Shown in pieces: positions 26,951 through 39,040 of a stretch of DNA of 64,000 bases. Numbering within the stretch: the stretch's first letter is position 1; each line of letters begins with the position of its first letter. Made by a program: the position numbers and the translations under genes. Origin of the DNA: Rhynchobatus australiae. Its lineage: Eukaryota. The notes below the pieces were generated by a model. That model did not search any database. It saw only the letters and a list, made by a program, of their open reading frames with translations, and was not told where the DNA came from. The DNA is taken from the NCBI GenBank assembly GCA_034780895.1, contig JAUZTB010000066.1, forward strand, positions 11,016,895-11,080,894, written 5' to 3'.

Positions 26951-27599
26951 ACTACACAATCTCAGTAGAAGTCCAATGATCACTGAGAATAAAAAAATTG
27001 ATTAGCCTATTGATAGAGCCATGGTCCATCAATTTAACAAGAAGCATGACCAGCTGGCCAAACAAATCCACACCTGAATTTTATGCGACAGAGTGGAGCC
27101 AATGGAAGGCACTGGAGCTGGAGACAGGAGGAGAACAGAACACAAAAGAGGATTTTAATAAAAGAAAATATATTCTTCTTTTGGTTTTATAAAATATACA
27201 GCAGGATTTATGCTGAATTATACTTATTATTTAGGAACAAGTGTTCAGAATTATTAGAAATCCCTTGAGCCTGAACAGCACCAACTCACAAGTATTAATT
27301 AGATTGTGTGCAGTTTTTGTGGAAGTCTGGCACTTTTAGAAAACAATTCTGCTTTGTGTTTCGATAATCATATGACTTCAAACCGTTTCCTCCCGTCTCC
27401 AGCCCTGATTCTCCCCAGCCCCATCCTCCAATCTCTCCCTCACATCGCACTCACTGAACTCTTCAGCAAGCATTCCTCCAACTCTGGCACAGAAAACATT
27501 AACCATTTGGGAGGGAGAGCAGTCCAATGACAGCCCAATTCCTGTAACTGGTTTCAAAGTCTTTAATCCATACAACAAATGCATAGCATGTGGCTCACA

Positions 27600-27940
27600 C
27601 TCCAATACATGGACTGTTAGATGAGCAACCAGAGCTACCACTTTGCAAACAAGATTCCAAAAACAGCACCAGAATGAATGATAATTAATTGTGGAGGGTT
27701 TTTTCTTGCTGATGCTGACTAGGGGAAGGAATTTTGCCAGAAGAACAGGTGAGCTTCCCAAATTTCTTTTAAAGTAATGCAAGATTGTTAGCATCCCAAT
27801 GCACCACTGAAGCAGAAAAATGGGACCATTATTAATATCCCATGTAAAAGATGGCATTGGTTTAATGCTGAATCATGATGTTAGCCTGGATTATGTCCTG
27901 AAGTTCAAAGGTGAGAGTTGAATCTGCAACCTTCCATCTG
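27600..27940 (-). mobile_element. Old SacSINE/Deu-like SINE
   Basis: ttgccagaagaacaggtgagcttccc...gttagcctggattatgtcctgaagt...ttgaatctgcaaccttc is collinear with the copies at 30840 and 49100. Confidence 0.55.
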
Positions 27941-28557
27941 AACAAACCTTCTTATCTGCTAACAATTGCAAGTGTAATTTCAAGCACTGTACTACATACC
28001 TGTTCCAGTGCTACAGAGTGGTTCTAAACATCGCATAGTACTGCTGCTACAAGAAACTCAAGATGACTCAAGTACTCTTGGTATGCTGACCATTAATCTC
28101 GATCTCCTCTTTTTGATTCATTGATCCTTAATTATAAAAAGGTGATGGGCTAATGTATTGGGTAATTACATATCTATCTACTGTCAACATCTTATGAAGG
28201 CTGTTCTACAGCATTCATGTACGTTACATTAGTTCTTGGCCAAGATGCTCTGATTGGCACCAGACATATAAAAGTGTTTCCAAGGCATTTGGATGGATGG
28301 GAGGCTCTCTGAAAATTGCCCAAACCAAATCATACTACAGTCACTCATGAACAGCAATACCTCCCAAAATTGTGGCCTTTATCATCAAGGAAGACAAAGT
28401 TAGAAAGCTCATCACCACCTGCTGGTTCCCTTCCAAGTTGGACAACATCCTCTTATCTTATAAGAGCACAAAGAGGTTATTAGATTCATGCAGAATCTGA
28501 GGAGTAATCCCATTGGTTCCATTCTCCCTCTCATAATTTCCTTGCAATTCGTTCTAT

Positions 28558-28667
28558 CGCAAACACACATATGCTGGAGGAATTCAATGGGTCNNNNNNN
28601 NNNCAGGCAGCTTCTATGGAAGGAAATGGACAGTCGATGTTTCAGGTCGAGACCCTTCATCTGGACT
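28558..28667 (-). mobile_element. Penelope-derived fragment ending in a minimal hammerhead-like motif
   Basis: atgctggaggaattca...caggcagc...; minus strand reads agtc-cagatga-agggtctcgacct-gaaa-catc-gact. Confidence 0.75.
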
Positions 28668-28717
28668 CAATCTCCTCTTTTTGATTCATTTATCATTAAT
28701 CTGCACTAAAGGTGAAG

Positions 28718-28882
28718 TGGGTAATTTACAGTAGCCAATTAAAGACAAGCACATTTATTAGGATGTGGGGAGGAAATCAGAGCACCCGGTGAGCGCAGAG
28801 AGAACATGCAAACTCTGCACCAACAGCAGACAAGTCAGAATCCTGCCCAGGTTCTTGGAGTTTTGAGGCAGCAGCATTGTCA
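28718..28882 (-). mobile_element. V-SINE (HE1-like)
   Basis: Minus strand has the V-domain gagtttgcatgttctc...ccgggtgctctgatttcctcccacatcc. Confidence 0.75.
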
Positions 28883-30169
28883 CTGGGTCTATATCCTGCA
28901 ATTCACCATCCATCTGTGAGAGTACCTTCACCAGAGGAATGAAGGGAATCAAGGAGGCTCAACAATACCCTTTCAAGGGAAATCCATGCCTCAAAAAAAA
29001 GATAAAAATTGCATTAATGTGGGACAAGGAGAGCGCCATGGGCCATATCATACATGCTAATCATTGTCCTGCAAGGTGCTGGAAATGTAGAAATGATGAA
29101 GAAAATGTAATTTGGAATCAAACACAAGAAAAACAATTAGAGATAAGGCACAGTAACAATGAATAAAAAGCTAAGCTATAAACATTCAGCAGGTCAGGAG
29201 AGCAGATCTAGTGGCACCTTGATGAGAGAAGAATTATTGATATTCCATCACTATGATCTTTCAGAATAACTGATGTAGGGCCCTTTACATTGAAAAGCCC
29301 AACCAATGGATGAAGTACTCCACTGTGTAAATGTCTTAACTTCTAAAGTCAGGTCATTAGAAAATGAAGCACTGCAGAGTGATGGAAAATGTGGGTCTGT
29401 AAATCTCCAACTTAGAAGTTATTCTGTAAGACCGAACACACCTACAGACACTGACTCAAGAGTTTAGAACTGAGACAGTCGCATGCTGAGCACAGCGCCT
29501 TAACTCTACCCAGCAGCAAGGTCGGTTCATTTTTCCTACCCAGCTCTCAGCAAATTCCCAGACACCAGCCTGAGGGCCTGAAGAAGGCCAGTCACTGCTG
29601 ACAGCCGTGTGGGCTTGAAGAAAGTAATTAGTCACAAGGAACGTGGAAAGAGTTCAGAGGTCTGGCTGTCAAGGACCATTACCATCTGACTAACACTGTC
29701 TGCTGAAAATGTAATGGAAGTTTCTTGTGCGTAAATAAACTGAAACCAGACACTAACACTGAAATCTTGAAGAAGACCATAGACATTTTTCTTGGCAAGT
29801 CAGCCAACAATTCAAATCTGTCCATACAGATTTCTTTTTGGAAAAGAAAACTTCAAATTGGTCATTTTGGAAAGTTCAATACATTATCAGGACACCAACA
29901 AAAATGCTCTGCTGCAGGGGAATTAACCTTCAACGCTGTACTTATGCTGCACAGCCGCGTCAGAAAGCAGCCCCATAATACTAGCTTTAGCCCCCTTGCT
30001 ACAGGTGCAAGGCAAGGTGATTTTTGAAGTTGTCACATCAATAGATTCCATTCTAAAGGGTGAGGAATTTACGAAAGGAAAACAGCTTCTGTGCCAACAA
30101 CACATCAGTAATGACTTTGGAACACAAGCTCCATACTTCCCAGCCTAATAACAATAATGTTGGAATGTG

Positions 30170-30500
30170 CTTTTTTTTAAAAAGCATATTCATTCAAGGG
30201 AGGTGGATGTCGCTGGCAATGCCTGTACTTATTGAACAACCCAAATTGCCCTAAACTGCCATTTCAGATGGCAGTTAAAAGTCAAAGCTTGGGGACACAT
30301 ATAGACCAGAAGGGACAATGCAGACAGATTTCCTTCCTTGGAAGATGTTAGTGAACCATAAGATTTTGAAACAAATTTGTAGATTTACTGTTGCCATTAG
30401 TGATACTAGCTTTTTATTCCAAATTTACCCGAATTTAAACCTCATGGCTGCTTTGGTGAGATTCGTATTCACAGAGCAATAATCCAGGCCTCTGCTAACT
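30170..30500 (-). mobile_element. SINE/LINE-tail repeat
   Basis: tattcattc...gatgtcgctggcaa...ttattg...aattgccct is the reverse complement of the tail type seen at 38140-38375 and 44060-44370. Confidence 0.55.
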
Positions 30501-30839
30501 AATTCAGTACACAATCACAATTCGATCATTCCCTGATTTTAGTCCTGAAGAAAGTTGCACTTCTTTCAATATCAGTTAACTGCATCATGAAATTATTTAA
30601 TAATTCTGATCCCTAAAGTGGTGACCACTTGGGCACAATCACTGCCTCATGGTTGTTATATACAGTATGTTATGATATCCACATTACAACAGACCTCAGG
30701 CAAGAAATTAAGCAGTGAAATGTTTTCATTCCCTTTTCGCTACAAGTCATTCAGACCAAACAAGTCATTCACTGGATTCTGATTAGACAATGATTAGGCC
30801 ATGCTGGATTTCAGCAAAACAAGAAATTCTGTGATAAAA

Positions 30840-31200
30840 CTAAAGGTGCATTTACATCATACTTTTAATGACCTCAGGGATGGCCCAAATGCTGAAAGTG
30901 TCACTATTATAATGTAGATAATGCAGCAGCTGATTGACTGACATGGGTATTAAAAAACAGCAATTTGATAGTAACTTAATCTTTTATATTTATTTGTTGA
31001 AGAAAGAAGTACAAGCCAAGAAATACTCCTTTTTTGGTCCAGAATAATGTCATAGGATATTCTGCACTGAGATGAGAGGGCCAGCATCTCCAAATGTGCA
31101 GTGCTCCCAGAGTATTGCACTGAAGAGATAGAATTTTTTTTTCCTCAAGAAAACTCTCTAGAGCTGGACTTGGATCCACAACCTTCTGGCTCAGAATTTA
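30840..31200 (-). mobile_element. SacSINE/Deu-like SINE
   Basis: cagcatctcc...gtgcagtgctcccagagtattgcactg core and a tRNA-like head (ggacttggatccacaaccttctggctcag). Confidence 0.65.
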
Positions 31201-31396
31201 CAGACAAAGTACTGATGAATCAAAAAGTGGAAGGAGATACAGTAGAAAGGGGCGTTGAAATAAAATTAATTTGAGAGAGGTGAGTTAGATAGAAGGTATG
31301 GAGAGGAGAAGAGGGCAACACCAAGACCTAGGGGCCTGGTTAGTACCATGGATGAAACAGGGGAAAAAAACTTTAACATGGCCACTCATTTCTTAC

Positions 31397-31591
<195 letters not shown>

Positions 31592-32084
31592 TTAAAAAAA
31601 AGACATTCAAGAAATAAAGAGAAGTAACTTGACTAGTTGTTGGAAAACTGAAGCGTCCCACCAATTCTATTGGGCGATTTCCAGTTAGACAGCACCTGAG
31701 GCAGGATCTTGGTTTCTATTACCACTTGTGTGTGTACCACCCTCAGCCTCAGTGACAAGATTTCATCAGTCATCAGGCAGGCCGCCAGAGGGAACACGTT
31801 ATAGGATTATGCTCAATCTGAGTTAGATGAGCAGGAAGAAAATAGAAAATGGCTTGAATTGACAAGCTCCAATGGTATAACCATGATACAGCCTCAGTGC
31901 TGTCTGTAGTCGATCTGACCTCAGCAACTGAACAATAACTGCTTGAGGACAAGCAGCCCACAGCCACCTACAACTGAGGAAAACTAAAACTAATAAAAGG
32001 AATTTGAGAAATAAAAATAATTCCAATCTAAATTAAGGAAGCAATGTTTAGATTAGTGACCTAATACCTCATTTTTCCTTTTCT

Positions 32085-32200
32085 GCACTATTTATTTATT
32101 TTTGTAACTTATAGCAATTTTTATGTCTTGCACTGTACAGCTGCCACAAAACAACAAATTTCATGACATACGTTAGTGATAATAAACTTGATTCTGATTC
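32085..32200 (+). mobile_element. Rex1/Babar 3' UTR-only insertion
   Basis: Reverse complement of the tail at 36775-36890; ends gataataaacttgattctgattc. Confidence 0.8.
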
Positions 32201-32264
32201 CAAATCACCGATGCATAGAAGTCTAGCAATAATGAAGGTAAAAGATGAACAACAAGCATCATCA

Positions 32265-32423
<159 letters not shown>

Positions 32424-33473
32424 CTATCACAAATATTAACACAAAAGGTGGGACCTTAGCATGGAAGCAATCTAAATGTATTCCCTGGCTTCTCTACCTG
32501 TTGTTTCACACTGGTGCTATAGCTGTCAACTCCTAATGCGACAGTGTCTCAAGCCCTGTTCGATTCACTTAAGATTTTCTATTGGCCACCCACAGCAAGT
32601 TTACTCTGGGATTGACAATTGCTATGTTACAATGCATCTTGAGAGCTGGTGGCCCCAACACAATATTAAAAGCACAACATGAAAGCAACTTACAAATGAG
32701 TATCAGCTCGATTTGTAAAACCCCTCTCGAACTGGCATCTCAATCCCAGAGCTACCCCAACAGGTTCAATAATATGAAATACACAAGGGAAAGGCAATTT
32801 AAAAAAGGAGTAAATAGACTATCAGATTTCTATTTAGTCTGTTTCATGATCCCTGACCCTGTAGAGTCATGAATCAGTGGATCTGCATGATTTCAGAGTG
32901 AGGAATGCAGTACTGTCAAGTGGTTCACAAATTCATAACAAGCCCTTTCCTGTCAATCTAACAAGGTCATGTAAGCTTTACTCTTAAATTTATTCTTCTG
33001 TTACAACCTGATATTACCATAAAAAATTTCCTATTTCTAGGATAACAATTTAATTTTGTCCCCGACTCTTCTTGAGCACAGAAGTCTCAGAGGTCTTCTG
33101 CTGCCTCACCCACTGAATATACAAAATATACAAAACTCAGAAGACATCACACCCGAGGCCAATCCTAATGTTGCCTGACATGAACACAAGAAACTTACTG
33201 ATAAGACTCACTGGAGAGTGATCAGGATTGGGAACTACAGCTCAGTTGTTGTCCTTCCCTGCCCAGAATTGGAACCAATTTTCCACCTGGCTAAAATGTA
33301 CAAACTCAGCTGGTAAAACAATTTTGAAGCTAAGCTTCCAAAGTATGAATTCCATGAAATGCAAATCTGAGCTCGCCTGACATCCATTTAAAATACTACA
33401 GCAATTCCGAGTGATAATCACAGATAAGACTGTTCTCGTGGGCCAAATTATTACTGCAAACCACAGAACTTAC

Positions 33474-33617
33474 ATCTTGGTTTTCCTGGAACAGAACAAG
33501 GTACTCTGAAAGATGTTGTTTTGTAAATTTTTTGATGATTTCTTGTTTAATTTTGGGATCCAGCACATTGGCAACAAGGCAGGCATCACGCAGGATGTTA
33601 CTGGGACCCCCCGGTCT
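33474..33617 (-). CDS. VPS53: VPS53 internal coding exon (approx. exon 9), 144 bp
   Basis: tacag|AGA CCG GGG...CAA GAT|gtaag; [48 protein letters not shown]. Confidence 0.97.
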
Positions 33618-33953
33618 CTGTAAAGTTTAATAGGAAATGGCAACAATTATTTGGTGTCCAGTGAATGCACCATATATTGTTTAAAGTTTGTCTTATCTAC
33701 TATGGGTCACTTGCAAAAATAAAAGATAACTATAACTCAATGCTTATGAGGAATCTTCTCCATTTTTCACAACTGAGTATTCTGCTTTTTTGTGTTGGTG
33801 AATTGTAACATTCATCGGGGAAAAAACATTTTAAAAATTCAAATATTACTTCACCTTTTGAAGTGCATGATTCAACATATTTGTACCTCAAGATATAATT
33901 TTACCAGTTTTCATTTCAACATCAATGTTTCAGTGATTCATCATACAACCTTA

Positions 33954-34211
<258 letters not shown>

Positions 34212-34469
34212 TCAGAATTCCCTAAAGTTTTACTCTGCAGCTGTGAAAATAAATGGATAGTAAAAGAATAATCTCTGCACTCACACACTGACATTTAAGT
34301 TACCTGACAAAGATAACATCAGCACCATAAACAAATTAAGTTGATCATTTGTTCCATTTGCTGCTTGCATTATTATATGCACAATGGCTTTTGGGTACAT
34401 CACATAATTGGCTCTGCCAACGAAGCACCGTGAGTTCTTTACCTTGTCGTAATGTCACTTTACTTTTAA

Positions 34470-35295
34470 CAGCCATGGCTCAGTGAGTAACGGAAGGTCT
34501 TTAGATTCGAGTCTCATTCCAAAGACTTGAGCACAAATTCTAGGCTGACCTTCCAATGCAGTTCGGAAAGAAACAAATGAATGGAGAAATACAGTCTTGC
34601 ATTTATATAGTAACTTTCACATCTCTCACAGAGTGTCCCTAAGTTCTTTACAGCCAATTAAGTACATATGAAGTGGTGCAAGCTCCCATAATACCCAGCT
34701 CATCTGATTTAGTGATATTTTAGAAAAACATCAAACCAGGACACCAGAGATAATGGCAGCAAAAAACAAAATGCTGGAGGAACTCAACAGCTCAGGCAGC
34801 ATCCGGGCAGGGAAACAGACAACCATTGTTTCATCTGGACTGAAAGGTCTCAACCCGAAATGTTGACTATCCACTTCCCTCCACAGGTGCTGCCTGACTT
34901 GCTGAGTTCCTCCAGCATTTTGTTTTTTGTTCCAGATTCCAACACCTGCAGTCTCTTGCGTCTCCACCAGGGATGACGGCCTTGTTACTGAGGGAGTGCT
35001 GCACTGTCAGTGGTGCAATGTTTGGTTGAGATGTTATGCTAATGTATGCTTCTGGGTAGACATAAACAATCTCAAGCCACTATTTTATAAAGGAGTAGGG
35101 GAGTCTCCCTGTTGTCCTGACCAATCTTTCATGACCAAATGACAGCACAAGACATTTTATCTATAAATTATGTCCTGTTTATGGGAGCTTATGTGCAAAT
35201 TGGCTGCTATATTTCCTATATTACATCAATGACTACACTTCAGCAGTATTTCATTAGCTGTACAACATACTGGGAAATCCTGAAGTAGTGAAAAG
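34470..35295 (+). mobile_element. SacSINE/Deu-like SINE split by nested insertions
   Basis: Head gccatggctcagtgagtaa...ttcgagtctcattcc...cttccaatgcagt (34470-34562) resumes at tactgagggagtgctgcactgtcag (about 34986); an inverted SINE tail and a Penelope-derived element lie between. Confidence 0.65.
34758..34964. mobile_element. Penelope-derived fold-back insertion with 16-bp TSD
   Basis: Inverted arms aaaatgctggaggaactca / tgagttcctccagcatttt; flanks caccagagataatggc (34742-34757) and caccagggatgacggc (34965-34980). Confidence 0.8.
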
Positions 35296-36773
35296 ATAAG
35301 TTGTTTTTTCCTATTGTTCCTCTAAGGGTAAATATAGATGAATAGCAGCAGCAAATAAAGTGGAACATTCAAAGATAAAAGTTTCACATATTTGGCCTTG
35401 CTGACAATCTATAATCAAATGGGTAACAGGAGAACTTGAAGTTCAAAGGAAACGTGGCCAATTTTACTCATGTATTTTGCACAGCATTGAAGGTTTTTCT
35501 CAAACAGCACACAATTGGTCAGACACCACATGGAACCTCATTAACCATGGAATGTGGATGGGGAGTCCAAACCTGAATAAGTACAAAATGTTCAATCTAA
35601 CGTACGCTTAGAACTGTAACAACAACATGGCATTCCAAGATGCAAACAGCAACACACTTTCACTTCAGGGAAGCAAAGTTTCCCTTATAAAGGGGGAAAA
35701 CCATCACCAAACACCATTCTTTTTACAATAAGGCATAAACATTAAAACCAGCACTAGAGAGAGTGAGTTAAATGCAATTTTGATTGTAGTGATACCTAAT
35801 TGATTGGATAATTTTGGTTCACGTCAATCATTAACACCTTTGTGATTGATTTTTCAATTTGATACAAAAAAACTTAATCTTGTTTGACTAGGTTAAGGAA
35901 ATTAGGTTAATTACATACCTTCTGAAACAAGGTAGCCTTTTGGAAAGTCTGGAAATGATTTATATCCTATTTCAGATTTTTTCCATTATCTTTGTCAATG
36001 CCAAGCTCCCAGGTAATACAAGTCTAACTCATCACTGGTCTATACTACATGAAAGGGTAGGAGATGATTAGTTATCTCCACACAAAGTGCTGACTGAAAC
36101 ATAAGAAAGTTACCCTGATGGAGGAAGAGAAAATAAAAGTGCACTGAATCGCCCCACAAGAGAAGTTCAGGATAATACTGGTAGAAGCCGTGGATGAGTT
36201 GAATGGTCTCCAGATCAGCTCCCAGCAGAATTACCAGAAAGAAACTAGAAGCTTACATATTAACTAATTAGACCTTAAGAAGTAAATCATTGTCAACTGA
36301 GCACGTTACATCCTAATGATGTGAAAGGTCACAGAATCAGAATAACAGAAACTTGAAGCACAAAAGAAGGCCATTTGTCCATCATGTCCATACAAGCAAA
36401 CATAGCAATTTAGACTCACCTCAACTTCCCACCCCTTGATCTGTCACCTTGTTAATTACAGCACATCAAGTGCTCATCCTGGTGCCTGAGGGTTTATGCC
36501 TCCAACACTATCACACATCACACCTGTCATTCAAAGTTCCAGTTCCACATCACACCTTTTTTTTCTTAAATTCCCTCTAATCTTTCTACCAATCAACTTA
36601 AATTCATGTGTCCTGGTTATTGATCTCTCTGCAATGTAAAATCTATCTGTGCCTTGGTCAATAAAGGAAAGAACCTGCTTCTGAACCCTCATCTACCTGA
36701 ACCACTAACTTCAGGAATCTACGACATCCCCTCCCTCTGTTCCGCAACACTTATCAGACGTTGGTGAGGCCAC

Positions 36774-37295
36774 AGAATCAGGTTAATTATCATTGACATA
36801 TGTCGTGAAATTTATTGTTTCACAGGAGCAGTACAGTGCAAGGACATAAAATTACTATAAGTTACAAATAAATAAATAGTGCAAAACAAAAGAAAGAAGG
36901 AATAACAAGGTAGTGTTCACAGACCTTTCAAAAATCTGATGGCGGAGAGGAAGAAGTTGTTCCTGAATTGTTGAGTGTGGGTCTTCAGGCTCCTGTACCT
37001 CCTCCCTGACAGTAGTAATGAGAAGAGGGCATGTCCTGGATGGTGAGGGTGCTTAGTGATGGATGCCACCTTCTTGAGGCACCGCCTCTTGAAGATGTCG
37101 CTGATGGTGGGGACGGTTGTGCCTGTGATGGAGCTGGCTGAGTCTACAACTCTCTGCAGCCTTTTGCAACCCTGTGCATTGAAGCCTCCACACCAGGTAG
37201 TGATGCAACCAGTCAGAATGTTCTCCACCGTACATCTACTGAAATTTGCAAGAGTCTTTGGTGATATACCAAATCTCAAATTCCTAATGAAGTAG
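36774..37295 (-). mobile_element. Rex1/Babar LINE 3' part
   Basis: ENILTGCITTW...LQRVVDSASSITG...HPGHALFSLLLSGRRYRS...FRNNFFLSAIRFL, the typical Rex-clade C-terminus, followed by 3' UTR; inserted within a CR1 copy. Confidence 0.88.
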
Positions 37296-37610
37296 ACTCT
37301 TTTTCCCAAAGGATGGGGAAATCAAGAATTAGATGGCATAGGTTTAAGATAAGAGGGCAGAGCTTTAATAGGAACCTGAGGGGCAAATTTTTCACCAAAA
37401 GGGTGGTCTGTATATGGAATGAGCTGCTAGAGGAAGTGGTTGAGACAGGTACATTAACAACATTTAAAAGGCCATGGACAGGTACATGGATAGGAATGGT
37501 TTAGATGGATGTGGGCCAAACACAGGCAAATGGGACTAGCTTAGATGGGAATCTTGGTTGGCATGGACCAGATGGATAGAAAGGCCTTTTTCCATGCTTT
37601 ATGACTATCA
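37296..37610 (+). mobile_element. CR1 3' end
   Basis: HRFKIRGQSFNRNLRGKFFTKRVVCIWNEL motif; tail tatgactat. Confidence 0.88.
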
Positions 37611-38135
37611 ATATCCTATCAGAGTCTATTCTCCTGCTTTGATTAGCCTTCCCAAATGTATTACCTCACATTTTTTCAAGCTAAATTCCATTTGCCGGTG
37701 CTCTGCCCATCTAGCCAGTCCATTATCATCTACAGCTCTTCTTCACTAACACCCTCTTGGACAATTTTGTTTCATTCACAAGCTTCTTAATCATGCTCCC
37801 TACATTCAAGTTAAATTAAGTACCACAAAAAGTGGAAAACCAAGAATACCACACCAATAAAAATAGATCCTTCAATTATTCTTCTTTGTTTCCTGCCTTT
37901 GGATCCCATGGACGTTTATTGTTCTGATCAGTTTCATGGTGAAGGATCTTGTCAAATACTGTTAAAATCAACAAATACAATGGCAAATAGTCTGGCCTCA
38001 TTGACCCTCCTTGATACCTTTTCAAAAAATTTATTCAAGCACTTTTTTTTTAGCAAATCCACGTTGACTGTCCTTTAACTAACCTGTGGTCTTCTAAACA
38101 ATGATTTATACTGTCTCATGGAATTTTTTTCCAAA
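37611..38135 (-). mobile_element. Decayed CR1 RT fragment
   Basis: Minus-strand WAEHRQMEFS...CEVIHFG motif. Confidence 0.7.
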
Positions 38136-38139
38136 CCTG

Positions 38140-38375
38140 TGACCTCTATCACCAAAGAGGACAAGCTTCAGAAGACACACGGGAACACCACCTCCTGCAG
38201 GTTCCCCTCTAAATCCACATCCTCTGACTTAGAAACAGACCTAAATGTGTTATGAGAATAGCTTCACCTGAAGGACTACAATAGTTAAGGTGGCTCATCA
38301 CCAGGTTAAGGATGGACAGTAAATATTGGCCTGCCAGTAATACATAGATTCCAAAAAATGAGTAATTTATTTAAA
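38140..38375 (+). mobile_element. SINE/LINE-tail repeat, similar to 44060-44370
   Basis: gggaacaccacctcctgcaggttcccctc...ggctcatcacca...taaat...gccagt is collinear with 44060-44370. Confidence 0.6.
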
Positions 38376-38659
38376 AACTGCATGAAACTTTTTCTACATA
38401 AAGCATCAGGTTATCAAACATATCTGTACAAAGTTCAGTTCTTCGCAACAGGCAGAAACTGGGAAAATAGCCTATGGAGTTCTGATTTATGGTTGATCTT
38501 AGTAATGGTCTTAAAAGAGCAGGTAATGAGAGTCAGGGACTGTCAGCAGGTCTGGGGATTACAATGATGGTGGGGCAGTCTGAGTGCCAACAGGTCGATG
38601 CACCACTGTTTACCCAGTCCCCTTAGGAGGTCACCTGGTAAGGAGGTTCAGGATACAAG

Positions 38660-39040
38660 TACCTCAAGAAGGCAACATCTATCAAAGATCTCCACTATCC
38701 AGGTCATGCCATCTTCTCGCAGCTACCATCAGGCAGGAGGTACAGAAGTCCCACACCACCAGGTTCAAGAACAGCTACTTTCCTTCAACCATTCGGTTCT
38801 TGCACCAAGTTGCACAATCCTATTCACTACCTCAATATAACAACACTATGACCACTTTACACTACAATGGACTTGAGGCTTTTGTTTTCTAATTGTGCTC
38901 TCTTATATAATTGTTGTTAATTTATGTTTCGCTTGAGAATGTTGTGTATCTGATGCTTTGTCCTTGCTGCTCCAAGTAAGTTTTTCATTGAACCTGTGCA
39001 TAAATTACTTGTGCATATGACAATAAACTCAACTTTGACC
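38660..39040 (+). mobile_element. Rex1/Babar LINE 3' end
   Basis: HTTRFKNSYFPSTIRFL motif followed by a 3' UTR ending gacaataaactcaactt. Confidence 0.85.

Noticed and set aside
28413-28425. CTCF-like motif ccagcaggtggtg on minus (a weaker one lies near 31782)
   Set aside because: Single imperfect motif matches are expected by chance in 64 kb and have no independent support.
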